Below, one piece after another: positions 24,503 through 38,324 of a stretch of DNA of 64,000 nucleotides (within the stretch, counting starts at the first letter, position 1; each line of letters starts with the position of its first letter). Origin of the DNA: Eledone cirrhosa (Eukaryota); the NCBI GenBank assembly GCA_964016885.1, contig OZ024742.1:96162001-96226000 (forward strand). The letters run 5' to 3'. Position numbers and translations under genes: made by a program. The notes under the pieces were generated by a model that saw nothing but the letters and a program-made list of their open reading frames with translations, was not told where the DNA came from and made no database searches.

Positions 24503-27500
24503 CACTGGCCAACATCAAATTTATTGTCTAAGTTATTTTATCTGATTTAGGACACATTTGATGTGCTGAATCCAAAAGTCACATTCGTCTTACGCAATCA
24601 GGTCAGCTTGTTGATGTATCGCCACATGATGGTTTGCTTATGTTTTTGTTTCCATATACGAGTATTTTCTATTTATATGATACAAAATATTTCTTATTTC
24701 TTTAAATAAAAGAATTATGAAGAATTTACATGCGCCAATTTTTGACTAACTTGTATTTTTCTTTTGTAGATGAATGAAACGGATTTGGCCAGAAAATTCT
24801 ACTACATCTGTGGCGAATACACCATTATTCCTAACAGGAATCCAGTCACAAGTTTCCTAAAGCGTGCTTACCATGCTTATTTTGGTATGAAACTGGGTGA
24901 TGGATAAAGCTTGGGCGCTACACGTGGTATGCAAGACATGCACCGAGTATCTGCGTTGTTGGGCCAAGGGCAACAAGAAGTTTAGAATTCCCATGGTTTG
25001 GATAGAGCCGACAAACCATGGCACTGACTGCTACTTCTGCGCTATTGATTTGACTGGGATCAACAAAAAGAACCGGAGTAGCCTCAAGTATCCTGATCTT
25101 AAATCAGCACGTCGTATTGTAGCTCATTGTGACGAAATTCCAGTACCTGTCTTTGGAGAACCTCCTGATATTAATGACGAATATCCCTCCAGCATTGAAG
25201 AAAATGAAGAAAAAGAAGTGGTTCTTGACGATGATGCTCCACATTCTTTTTCCCCAAAGAAGCTAAATGATCTAGTTCACGATCTCAGCTTGTCAAAGTC
25301 CTCTGCCGAGGACCTTTATGGTCTGAGTTCAAATCCAGCCGAGGTTAACTTTGCCTTTCATCCTTATGGGGTCGATAAAATAAAGTACCAGTGGGATAAT
25401 TGCTGGCCTTGTGCCAAAAGTAAAAACAATTGTATAAAAAATAATACCATAGAATGTGCTGCAATAAACTGATTTTATTAAGTATAATCTACAGCATTTA
25501 TCTTGTAGATGAGACGACCTGAGGATATTGATGGAGGTAGAGGAGAAAGGCTTAACTGAATAACTGAATCTTATTCGCTGATTTTTGCCCTTTTCGCCAC
25601 GCTTTCTCCACTTATATCTGCAAGAGTTTTCAATAAAAACCTGTCTAATGAGGTTTGTTTTATCCTCCCCATCAGAATGTCTCTGAAATGAGTTAGGCAA
25701 GTGTCATTAAATAGCGCCGTCGCACGCCCAGTTGCCACTTTTTCCCAATATTTCCTTTACCTCACTTGTAGCGATAACCTCCTCCGTGTCACCTATTTCC
25801 TGCAAAGCCTCCGCGTGCTGATGCGTCTGTAGCTCCTTTAGCTCCTCGTTGTCAGTTCCTCGGAGTGCTCCTCGACGAGCTCGTTCATGTCACCTTCATC
25901 CATGTCCAGGCCCATGGACTTGCCGAGGGATAAAATCTCTTCCACCACTGCCGCTTCTGGCACGAGACTTTCAAATTCCGTTTCAGACACAAACACAGGC
26001 CACAGCTTCTTCCACACAGAGGTCAAGATCCTCTTTGTAACAACCTGACAAGCCATATCGATAATTATGAGGCATATCACGATGTTATAGTGGTCCTGCC
26101 AGAACTCTCGAAGGGTGAGGTTTGTGCTCTCCGTCACCTCAAAGCAGTGGCGGAACAAATGCTTGGTGAAGAGCTTCTTGAAAATAGAAATTACCACTGG
26201 TCTGTGGGCTGCAGGATAGGGGTGATGTTGAGTGGAAGGTAGAGAACCTTTATAAACTTGAACTCTTCGAGGATGTCATCTTCAAGGTTAGGTGAGTGAG
26301 CAGGTGCATTGTCCAGAACGAGAAGGGCTTGCAAGGGTAGGTTATTTTCCTGGAGATATTTCTTAACATCAAGACCAAAGACCAAATTCTCCCACTCCAC
26401 AGAGGATTCCCTGGTGATCCACGCCCTCAGGATTGCCCTCCACACAACCTGCAGTTTTTTACTTTCATAATCTTATGTGACTTAAAGTCTCTGGGGTTTT
26501 CCGAATGATAAATGAGCAGCGGCTTAATTTTGCAGTCGCCGCTCGCATTGGCACACAGTATGAGGGTTAACCTATCCTTCATAGTTTGTGACCTGGCATC
26601 CTCTTCTCCTCTGCCGTTATATAAGTCATCCTTGGCATCTTCTTCCAAAAAAGTCCTGTCTCATCACAGTTAAAGACTTGATGAGGGATGTATCCTTTGG
26701 TTGCTATAATTCCAGCAAAAGTTTTGAGGCAATCCTCAGCTGCCTTCATATCCGCACTCGCTACCTCACCATGTCTGACAACGGGGTGAATGCTGGTCCT
26801 CATTTTAAAATTCTCAAACCAGCCCCGGGTGGCTTTAAACCACCCGATGCTTCGTCCGTCATCGAACCTGGGGTCTGCTGCAGCAAATCAGCATAAATAG
26901 CTCATGCCTTCACGCAGATTATAGCTTCTGTCACGGTGTCTCCTGTGTGCTGCTTCTTCGTCAACCATACTATCAGCAGCTTTCCCATATTTTCATGGAT
27001 AGATGTCCGCTGTTTAGAAATTATTTTAACTCCCTTTATCGACTCCTTCTGCTTCACTATGGTGTAGATCGTAGAAGTGCTACACTCGTACTGCATCGCC
27101 AAGTTCTCTACACGCATACCACGGTCGTTTTTCGATAATTTATTTCTTTAATTCATTGCACATCATCCGCTTCTTCTTCTCAGCACTGTACTTCGTGCTC
27201 ACTTTCTTCGAACCCATGGGGTGTTGGGCGGATGTTACGGCATTCACTGTGGCGGTCACTACACCAACTAACAGAGGGGTATCTGAAGCTGGCTCGTATC
27301 CCGAATTTTAGCTCTCAACTCAAAGCAAAAATCGGCCGAGAGACAGCTTGTATCTTGAAAAACTCGTTAGTTGGGGCACTCGTAAGTCAAGGTATTACTA
27401 TATATATATATATGCTTGTGAGTGTGTGTCTATATATGTATGTTTGCATGCATGAATACACTAAGCTTTAGATTTAGTAGAATGTACAATCACTGATTCC

Positions 27501-29001
27501 AGCTATTTGCACTATCATATATTTTGGTTTCTATTAATTCCCTGGGGAATTGGTTGTCCAAATGTTTTGCTTAATTGTTTTATTTATTTTTTTTTTAAAT
27601 GTTATTCTTTCTCTTAGACTTCAGGTATTTTTTGAAAGCAAAGCATTGGCTCCTAAAATATTAGAGTGGGCCCTGTAATAGCATGGGAATCCTGACAACC
27701 TGGCAACCTGGCCAGTCTGACACTGGCTACAGTACCAACCCAAAGATTGGAGACTGTACATTGACAGTGGCAAGTGATTGCTGAAATGTGTTCTGCTGCA
27801 CAATGGCAACCAGTTTTCCTCTGTACCCCTCACTCACTCAACAACACTGAAGGAGAAGTATGAAGCAGTGAAGTACATGCTGGAGAAAATTTGTTATGAT
27901 CAGCAGAGTGGTTGATTTGTGTTGACCTGAAAATGGTGAACTTTTTATTGGGACAACAGTCCAGGTTCACCAAGTACACATGCTTTCTGCACATGTTGGA
28001 TAGTTTGCGACCAAGCTCAGCATTACACGAAGAAGGACTGTCGTGTATGGGAGGAATTAGTGCTTTGCAGAGCAAGTAACATCGTAAACAACCTTCTGGT
28101 GGACATGGACAGGATACTCTTCCCACTGCTGCACATCTAGCTCGGCTTGATCAAACAGTTCACCAAAGCCCTGGACAAGGATGGTGGCTGCTCCATTTAC
28201 TTGTGCTACACTTGTCCAGGATTGACCATGAAGAAGTTGAAAGCTTGCATCTTCGACGGTCCTCAACTCTGTCAGTGCATCAAAGATCCAGTTTGAAAAC
28301 TTAATGAACGAAGTGGAACTGGAAGCATGGAAGGCTTTTACTCTGGTTGTGAAGAACTTTCTTGGCAACAACTAGGCCAGGAACTATGCAGAACTTGTCA
28401 CGAATATACTGACTGCTTTTTCAGAACCCTCGGATACAACATGGGCATCAACATTCTTTACTTATTCTCACATATGGATCAGTTTCCTGAGAATCTGGTA
28501 TCAATGAGTGACAAACAAGGGGAGAAATTCCATCAGGACATGAAAGAGATGGCGACCAGGTATCAGGGAAGCTGGGGTGCAGTCACAATGGTTGCTTACT
28601 GTTGGACTCTGAAGAGAGAGACACCCCTGCTGCTGAGCATTCTAGGAGTTCAAAGAAACGGAAGTTCAACCCTGAACTTTGATCAATGATGACCTAACCT
28701 CCAATTTACATGTACTTACCGTTTTCAATCTCTACTATTCAATGTATACTAATCAATTTTTGTAACATTTAATTAATGATTTGTGTTAGAGAACGATTTT
28801 TTTCTCTCTGAAAACCTATTTCGAATGAGAAATATTAACAAATATCAACCGAAAACGTCACAAAAATATAATTGATTTAGTCAGAAGATTTGACTTTTTA
28901 ATTGACTTAGTACAAAAACCTGACCTGATTGAGAGAAAATTGTCCTAAATCAGTTGAAAAAACTTAGAAAACTAACAAAAACATATTTTTGTAACCCAGT
29001 G
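24503..29001 (+). mobile_element. Chapaev3-like (CMC group) DNA transposon, decayed, with nested insertions
   Basis: Termini CACTGG...CCAGTG; shared subterminal inverted motifs (CTGATTTAGGACA, CAATCAGGTCAG); 3-bp TTA TSD at 24500-24502 and 29002-29004. Transposase remnants: VVCKTC...VWIEPTNHGTDCYFC (24770-25310) and WRLYIDS...VLLHNGN...DLKMVNFLLGQQS...PLLHI...GEKFHQDMKEMATRYQG (27730-28690). Confidence 0.8.
25570..27400 (-). mobile_element. Tigger/pogo DNA transposon, decayed, one TIR retained
   Basis: CENP-B-like N-terminus, QVFNCDETGLFWKKMP, KDRLTLILCANASG, LLVLDNAPAH, PILQPTDQ. TIR-like (C>T)AGTAATACCTTGACTTACGAG at 27379-27400 next to TA. Confidence 0.92.
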
Positions 29002-29542
29002 TTATCTTAGTGGTCCTTTCTGGTCCTGAAAGACAAGGGTGTCAACCTCTTTTACTGGTCCCAGTAATTAACCTGCATCCATACTGATGCATCTCTTTGA
29101 TTTAATTGATCATATTGATCCCATTAGTTATATTTTTAAGTCTAGTACTTATCATTATTTTGTTGAACCCCTAGGTTAAAGGACATAAAGACAAATGTAA
29201 ACATATAGACACACCCATATGTACATAAACACATAGACATATATATATATACACACAGACATGTATGTATATATATATATACATGCTACCACCATGCTCA
29301 TAAATTCAGTAGTATATCAAAAACTAAATCACCATAACGTTGCACTTCCCTGAAGAGAAACACAAACAAATCACTTTGATGTCTTCAAAATACGTATTAT
29401 AGGATTATATGATAAAAAGGGAATGTGCATGGAAAAACATCTCTCTTCTTCATAATATATATATATTAAAAAGTTAGGACCTGACAGCTGAGCTTTTGCC
29501 TTTTTGACAGCAAATTCTATGTATGTAGGGTCAATAAATAAT

Positions 29543-29730
29543 TGTTTCTACTTTTGGCACAAGGCCAGCTATTACCCCAGTGTATTACTGGTACTTTATT
29601 TTATTGACCCCATAAGAATGAAAGGCAAAGTTAACCTCGGCGGGATTTGAACTCAGAATGGCAAGGGCCATAACTCAATGCATCAAAGCATGGCGCCCGA
29701 CCCTCTACCGATACTGACAATCCACCGCCC
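29543..29730 (-). mobile_element. SINE family B, full length, 17-bp TSD
   Basis: TAGGGTCAATAAATAAT at 29526-29542 and 29731-29747. Confidence 0.92.
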
Positions 29731-30125
29731 TAGGGTCAATAAATAATAGAAACAGTCAAGTACTGTGTTTGATGAAATCAAGTTTGCCCTTCTCCCAAAT
29801 GTTCTGTCTTGTAACTAAATTATAAATTAATATATATATATATATATATAAACATCATATGGATCTTTTTTTTATTCATTTACTTATATCACAATTGAGG
29901 TTTCCAGGAAGCCAATCAGTTTCACTGAATTTCAGACCTTACTATTTGTTTTTATACTGTGTATGTATATATATATATATATAGGAACAAGTATTACCCC
30001 GACGGCAGAGCTCAAGCCGTTTCGACGGTCATACTTGTACCTATTACCCACTCTACTACCATAAGTATTGAGTACTTGGATGCATTATGGTCCATCTGGT
30101 TCCTTACCACAATTCCTTCGTTATA

Positions 30126-30455
30126 TCATTTCATCATTTTCATCATTTTATTTTATGTCCACTTTTCCCTGCTTGCAAGGGTGGGACGGGAACTGATTCT
30201 GGCTTGATTTCTACACCAACCTCATTTACAGTGAGTGCTGGGTGCTTTTTTGCTGTGGCATCTCCACGACCACTTTGCAGTAGAATGATAGGGACCCCAG
30301 TCCCTATCATCTCATTTCTACAGCTGAGTAAACTGGAGCAATGTGAAATAAAGTGTCTTGCTCAAGGAAACAACACATCACCTGGTCTGAGAATTGAACT
30401 CACATCCTTTCGATTGCAAGGCCAATGCTCTAACCACTAAGCCATGGGCCTCCAT
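30126..30455 (-). mobile_element. CORE-type SINE family A
   Basis: Reverse complement of the 734-1052 family. Confidence 0.88.
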
Positions 30456-30517
30456 ATATACATACATTTTTTTTTTTTCATTCATTTTACGTCCGCTTTT
30501 CCCTGATTGCAAGGGTG

Positions 30518-30560
<43 letters not shown>

Positions 30561-30614
30561 TAAACAAATAATGAATAAAACAATGAAACAGTTCCTTATA
30601 TTAAACAAAAAAAG

Positions 30615-30768
30615 TTCATTATTTAACGATCGTTTCTAGGATATATATGTGTATGAATTGGCATGCATATTCAACAGATCTATGTACAAAATTATACAAA
30701 ATTATACAAACTATCAAGATTAAATATACATACCAACACATATATACGCCGTCTTCAGAAATAATGAA
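30615..30768 (-). ncRNA. Type I hammerhead ribozyme with extended stem II (left-arm copy)
   Basis: Reverse complement of 38946-39099. Confidence 0.75.
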
Positions 30769-31389
30769 ATATATTTATTGATAATAACAACAATTCAAAA
30801 TTTCAGGTCCGTTTGGGAACAAAATTGACCAATGAAAATACAAAAGGTTTTATGCAGTTCGGTGTGTGTATATACATGTAACTACCCTTACACATATTTT
30901 ACAAAAATGTATGCTCAACATGCATACGCATACCAAAAGGATGGATGCAAATACAAAATTTCAAGGTTAATGTCTCTGTAAGTTTATAATGCACAGATAA
31001 GATGCGTATAGACACATAAATATGAAATAAGTGTATACACATATTCTCATACTCACACATATCCGTACAATCACACACACGCGCGCGTATATGTATAAAC
31101 ATACACATAATTACGAACATACAAACACACACACACCCCCACTCACATATATATATGTGGATATAATATCATAAGCACATGGATATTAATTCACTCACAT
31201 AAACGCTGTCACACACATTTAGATCAAGATACAGAAATTAGGTGGGAGGGGGGGGAGAGGTCAGTATTCAACGGTTTGGGCAGACTGCTTATTATAGATG
31301 TATCTATAAACTAAGAAAATAAAAAATAAAAAATAAAAATTAAAAAGGAAAGAAAAGAAAAAGAAAAAAGAAAAAAGAAATATATCAAG

Positions 31390-31468
<79 letters not shown>

Positions 31469-31565
31469 ACATACATACATATACACACATCCACACTTAG
31501 AACATACATACACACACATATATAAACATATACATATACACACATACACACATATACACACATAC

Positions 31566-31620
<55 letters not shown>

Positions 31621-32144
31621 TACACATATAATCACACATACTATATAGACACACATATATATACACACATACACGCACATATACATACACATACATACTT
31701 ATATACATACAGATATACACATACATACCTATATATAGACACAAATACATACAGATATACATACATACATACACACAAATACTTACGCATCCATATATCG
31801 GTATATACATACAAACACCACTACACTCTCACACAACTCAGACATACAAAGAAAAAGGTATATACCTATATACATATACATATACAAATAGAGATACACA
31901 TACATATATATATATATATATACACACATATATATATATATATATATACATACACATATACACACATATACATACATACACATACATACATGTACACACA
32001 CATACATATACATACATACACACATACATACATACATATATAGTCATACACACACATACACCTACACGAACATACACATACACATATATAAAGATATATA
32101 TATACACACACACATACACACACACACATATATATAAAATAAAG

Positions 32145-32175
<31 letters not shown>

Positions 32176-32753
32176 CATTTACATACACACATACATAGAC
32201 ATATATGTACATACATACACATACATACATACATACACACACATATATACATATATATACACACATAGACACATACATACATACACACACAACATACATA
32301 CACACACATATATACTCATACATAGAATTAGATATATATTCATACATACATACGCACTTACATATACTCATATATACAAATACATACGCATCCATATATG
32401 CATATATACATACAAACACCACTACACCCTCACACAACTCAGACATACAAAGAAAAAGGCATATACATATACATATATACACGCATTAATAGATATATAT
32501 ATACACATATATATATATATATATATATACACATACATTTATATATATACACCCACACACACATACAACCATAAACACACATACAAAACATACAAACACA
32601 CACATACACATATATATACACATACATATATATACACACACACAAAAAACAGACATACATATATATATTTTTTTACACATATATATACACATATATATAC
32701 ATATACACACCCTCACATATACACACATACACATAAGTTATATTATAATAATA

Positions 32754-32800
<47 letters not shown>

Positions 32801-32836
32801 CGAATATAGACATATATACACACATAGATATATATA

Positions 32837-33444
32837 TGGTGGCTGCCAACTCGTTTTCGAGTACGGCCACTACTTTATATCCATGTAGGAGAACCCCTAC
32901 CGATGCGCTGAACGAGTGTGACTTTTTAGTCCAGCCAGCGACTTGAAAACTCTGGTACAAACACTACACTTGTGACAATTACTGACACAAAGTGCTGGGC
33001 CCATGGTACCATGTGACGACAAGTGCAGAGAGATCTCCAGATATAAAGCAATGCCTGTGCCGTGAAGCTTTTATAGTGAGCAAAGGCACTGCACAAAGCC
33101 AGTCCCACTCTCTTAACCAAGATGATATTTACCAAAAAGAAGAACAAGTCAACATCATTGGATACCATCAGGGTTGCAGGTGTTATATCAGAGTTTTCCT
33201 TCTCCTAGAATTCTGCCTTGACAAAGGCTAAGGGGTCATCTCTCCCGGTGATTTTGGATGGCCATTGACTCTTAAGAGCTCCTTTGCCCTTTGACAGGTT
33301 TTGTTTTTAGTCCTGCAGGATGTCCAAAGTCACCCTCCTCACCAAGAAACCTTGGTGGGGTTGCCAGTTTAGTCGCCAACGACCCGACCATGGGACAGGT
33401 TGTACTGGGATACATGTTACCAGTAGCACCAACTGGTGACCTGA
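32837..33444 (-). mobile_element. ~610-bp insertion in the left arm only; resembles a LINE (RTE-type) 5' UTR fragment
   Basis: Absent from the right arm and sits in a (TA)n run. The minus strand carries GGCAGAATTCTAGGAGAAGGAAAACTCTG, similar to RTE 5' UTR motifs as I recall them. Confidence 0.45.
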
Positions 33445-33658
33445 CATATATATATATATACATATACACACACACACACACACACACTCACATATATATG
33501 TGCGCACACGTACATATATACACATACACACATATACACGTAAACACATACATGTGCATACATGCACATACACACATATACCCACATAGATACGAAGATA
33601 GACATATAAATAGAGAGACATACATATATATACACACACATATATACATATAAGTAAT

Positions 33659-35260
33659 ATGAAGATTATAATAGTCTTTAAGGAAAGACTAACACTTATT
33701 GAATTTCAGAATGAATACTGGACCAGAAACACATATAGTAATCTATTTGATATTACTATGGGTTCAAGCGATTCCGCCCAAATTACTGATCTTGTGGGCC
33801 TCTTTCTCCTTTTCAACATAAATGCCTCCTTTCCTCACCTCAAAGGTGGTTTATATCGTGATGACTGTCTTCTTCTTTCTAACAACCTTAGCCTTTCAGA
33901 AATTGAAAAAAACAAAAAACATATTAGAACTTTCCTTAAAGACTATTATAATCTTCATATTACTTTTGAAAAAACAAGTAAAGTAGTAAATTTCCTAGAT
34001 ATAACTTTAGATTTAGCTACGGGTATCTACCAACCTTACCATAAACCAAACCAAAACTTACATTACATACACTCACAATCTAATCACCCTAAATCTATCC
34101 TTAAAAACCTTGCATATAATATATCACTTAGAATTTCTAACCTTTCTTCTAACCAAGATGTATTTGATAAAAATGCGACCTTCTATAACGAAGCTCTAGA
34201 TAGAAGTGGCCACAAAAATAGATTAGAATATATACCTTCTACTAAAAATACTGAAAGCATGCAACCTAATATTACCAACAAACACCAAATGAAAAGTACA
34301 CACCTAAATGCCACCCACACTATACCCCAAAATACCAAATCTTCTAATATAAAATATAGTAACTCTCAAAAAACTACTCATCATACAACTCTAATAAATA
34401 TTAATAATAAAACTCCTAATAAAAAGGATAAAACACCTAAATCTACAAATATAGCTAAAAATGGTTGTGGTGAGATCATTAACATTAATCCTCCTAGTAA
34501 ACATCACGATACAACCTATAAAAATAATAAAAATAATAAACAACATAGAAACCGTAATAGACGGGTTACTTGGTATAATGCTCCATTTAATTTACAAATT
34601 AAGGATAATATTGCTAAAAAATTTTTTTATATCCTAGAGAAAAACTTCCCGCCAAACCACAAATACCATCAAATCTTAAATAGGTCTACAGTTAAATTCT
34701 CATACTCTACAACAAATAACATAAAACAAAATATAAGTGCCTATAATGCATATAAATGTAAGAAAACCATAAGTATACCACCAGTACATCAAATTAACCA
34801 TAATATCTCCTCAAATACAGAATTAACGAAAGGTTGTAACTGTAGAAACAAAGCAAACTGCCCATTAAAAGGGAATTGTCTTGTTAACAACATAGTCTAT
34901 AAATGTAATGTTAAAACTAAAGATTCTATTTGCTCATATATAGGAGCTACCTCTAACAATTTTAAGACAAGGTTTAATACCCACAAGCATAGTTTTAAAA
35001 ATGCCGCACTGGCTAATACAACATCTCTAGCAGAAAAAATCAATAGTTATAAAAATAAGAATATAGAATATGATTTGACCTGGAGTGTGCTCAAAAGAGC
35101 CACCCCTTATCAAAATAATAGAAATGAATGTAGATTATGTTCCCAAGAACTATTTGAAATAATGAAATCTAAGGATATCCTATTAAATAAACGACAGGAA
35201 TTAATTATATCGTGTAATCATAAACTAAAAAAAACATTTAAATATTATAAACCTAATTAA
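33659..35260 (+). CDS. Penelope-like RT (motifs B onward) + C-terminal GIY-YIG endonuclease, 533 aa, 5'-truncated
   Basis: FDITMGS...LVGLFLL, GLYRDD, VNFLDITLDL, YHKPN...YIHSQSNHP, RRVTWYNAPF, CNCRNKANCPLKGNC, NIVYKC...SYIGAT...FKTRFNTHKHSF, CRLCSQE, LLNKRQE...CNH. No stops. RT motifs 1, 2 and A are missing. Confidence 0.93.
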   Translation: MKIIIVFKERLTLIEFQNEYWTRNTYSNLFDITMGSSDSAQITDLVGLFLLFNINASFPHLKGGLYRDDCLLLSNNLSLSEIEKNKKHIRTFLKDYYNLHITFEKTSKVVNFLDITLDLATGIYQPYHKPNQNLHYIHSQSNHPKSILKNLAYNISLRISNLSSNQDVFDKNATFYNEALDRSGHKNRLEYIPSTKNTESMQPNITNKHQMKSTHLNATHTIPQNTKSSNIKYSNSQKTTHHTTLININNKTPNKKDKTPKSTNIAKNGCGEIININPPSKHHDTTYKNNKNNKQHRNRNRRVTWYNAPFNLQIKDNIAKKFFYILEKNFPPNHKYHQILNRSTVKFSYSTTNNIKQNISAYNAYKCKKTISIPPVHQINHNISSNTELTKGCNCRNKANCPLKGNCLVNNIVYKCNVKTKDSICSYIGATSNNFKTRFNTHKHSFKNAALANTTSLAEKINSYKNKNIEYDLTWSVLKRATPYQNNRNECRLCSQELFEIMKSKDILLNKRQELIISCNHKLKKTFKYYKPN

Positions 35261-35748
35261 TAACATTATTTTAGAAATTAATTTAATTTAAATGTTAGTT
35301 AACCTATAAATTTAATTTAATTAAAATTCTATTACAGATGAGAATATAAAATATTGTGTAATCATAAATTGTGAAAAACCTTTAAATATTACTAATATAT
35401 ACTTAGTAATTTAATTTATAGATTAATTTTAATTTATTTAAACCTTTTATTAAAATTCCTTTACAGATAAAATATAACAAAATATCGTGTATCCAATGAC
35501 AGAGAAATAATTTTTAGTATTATAGACCTAATTAATATACATTTTAGAAATATATTTATAATTTGGTTTTAAATTTAGTCAACCTAAAAATTTAATTTAA
35601 TTGGCTTAAAATTAGTATCCTTATACAGACGGATTGCAGAATATCATGTAATCATAGAATGGGATGTGTTTTGGATATATACCTAGTTAATATATTCTTT
35701 GCAATTTTTGAAAAAATATGTATATGTATGTATGTATATGTATGTGTA

Positions 35749-35795
<47 letters not shown>

Positions 35796-36623
35796 GTATA
35801 TATATATGTGTATGTATATGTATATGTATATGTATTAATTTTGATTTCTATTTGCATATAATTATATTCTGCTATTGATAAAATACAATATCTGTTTTAT
35901 TTATTATATACCTAATTAACATATACTATAGAAATTAATATATAATTTTTAATTTAGTTAACCTATAATTTATATTCTACTACCGATGTAATACTTTATT
36001 TGTTTTTTCCCTATTACTAAATTCATTTCCTAATATTGATACCATAACGTTATTAACTTTAATTTAGTTATACTATAATTAATACTCTACTACTATTTAA
36101 CTTCAAAATTCTGCTTCAAATATTATAAACCTAACTAATTTACACCTTAGAAATCAATATTTTAACTATCTTTAGTTTAGTTAACATATAATTAATGGTA
36201 TACTTATTTATTTTGAAATGCATACATTTTGCCTTATTTCTTGTATTTCCTAACACTGAAACTATGTAAAAACATACATTGGATCCAGATACAGATAATA
36301 TTCTATGTTTCTTGAAACATATATTTACTATAATCCCCTTCTCCAACCCTCCCTTTCCCCCATACTATTATCATCTGTGTTTGTAAGCGTGTATGTATGA
36401 ATATATATGTAGGTAGGTGTATATATGTTTGGGTATTTATATCTGAATATAAAAATACATATATGCGCATGCAAATAAGAATGTAAGATTGTGTGTATAT
36501 ATATGTGTGTATGTATATATATATGTGTGTATATATGCATGTCTATATATATGTGTATGTGTATGTGTGTATGTATATATATGTGTATATGTGTATATGT
36601 GTGTGGGCGTGTATGTGTGTATG

Positions 36624-36658
<35 letters not shown>

Positions 36659-36669
36659 GTGTGTATGTA

Positions 36670-36903
36670 TATATGTATATATGTGTGTGTATATATATGT
36701 ATGTCTCTCTATTTATATGTCTATCTTCGTATCTATGTGGGTATATGTGTGTATGTGCATGTATGCACATGTATGTGTTTACGTGTATATGTGTGTATGT
36801 GTATATATGTACGTGTGCGCACATATATATGTGAGTGTGTGTGTGTGTGTGTGTATATGTATATATATATATATATCTATGTGTGTATATATGTCTATAT
36901 TCG

Positions 36904-36950
<47 letters not shown>

Positions 36951-37141
36951 TATTATTATAATATAACTTATGTGTATGTGTGTATATGTGAGGGTGTGTA
37001 TATGTATATATATATGTGTAAAAAAATATATATATGTATGTCTGTTTTTTGTGTGTGTGTATATATATGTATGTGTATATATATGTGTATGTGTGTGTTT
37101 GTATGTTTTGTATGTGTGTTTATGGTTGTATGTGTGTGTGG

Positions 37142-37177
<36 letters not shown>

Positions 37178-37725
37178 ATATATATCTCTATTAATGCGTG
37201 TATATATGTATATGTATATGCCTTTTTCTTTGTATGTCTGAGTTGTGTGAGGGTGTAGTGGTGTTTGTATGTATATATGCATATATGGATGCGTATGTAT
37301 TTGTATATATGAGTATATGTAAGTGCGTATGTATGTATGAATATATATCTAATTCTATGTATGAGTATATATGTGTGTGTATGTATGTTGTGTGTGTATG
37401 TATGTATGTGTCTATGTGAGTATATATATGTATATATGTGTGTGTATGTATGTATGTATGTGTATGTATGTACATATATGTCTATGTATGTGTGTATGTA
37501 AATGTATGTATATATATATATATATATATATATCTTTATTTTATATATATGTGTGTGTGTGTATGTGTGTGTGTATATATATATCTTTATATATGTGTAT
37601 GTGTATGTTCGTGTAGGTGTATGTGTGTGTATGACTATATATGTATGTATGTATGTGTGTATGTATGTATATGTATGTGTGTGTACATGTATGTATGTGT
37701 ATGTATGTATATGTGTGTATATGTG

Positions 37726-37786
<61 letters not shown>

Positions 37787-38087
37787 ATATATATATATAT
37801 ATATGTATGTGTATCTCTATTTGTATATGTATATGTATATAGGTATATACCTTTTTCTTTGTATGTCTGAGTTGTGTGAGAGTGTAGTGGTGTTTGTATG
37901 TATATACCGATATATGGATGCATAAGTATTTGTGTGTATGTATGTATGTATATCTGTATGTATTTGTGTCTATATATAGGTATGTATGTGTATATCTGTA
38001 TGTATATAAGTATGTATGTGTATGTATATGTGCGTGTATGTGTGTATATATATGTGTGTCTATATAGTATGTGTGATTATATGTGTA

Positions 38088-38140
<53 letters not shown>

Positions 38141-38237
38141 GTATGTGTGTATATGTGTGTATGTGTGTATATGTATATGTTTATATATGTGTGTGTATGT
38201 ATGTTCTAAGTGTGGATGTGTGTATATGTATGTATGT

Positions 38238-38324
<87 letters not shown>

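Larger units (their letters stand above)
30552..33652 (-). repeat. Left inverted arm (~2.5 kb excluding the insertion)
   Basis: Reverse complement of 36670-39162. Mirrored ORFs 30899-/38582+, 31261-/38016+ and 32205+/37191-. Confidence 0.95.
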
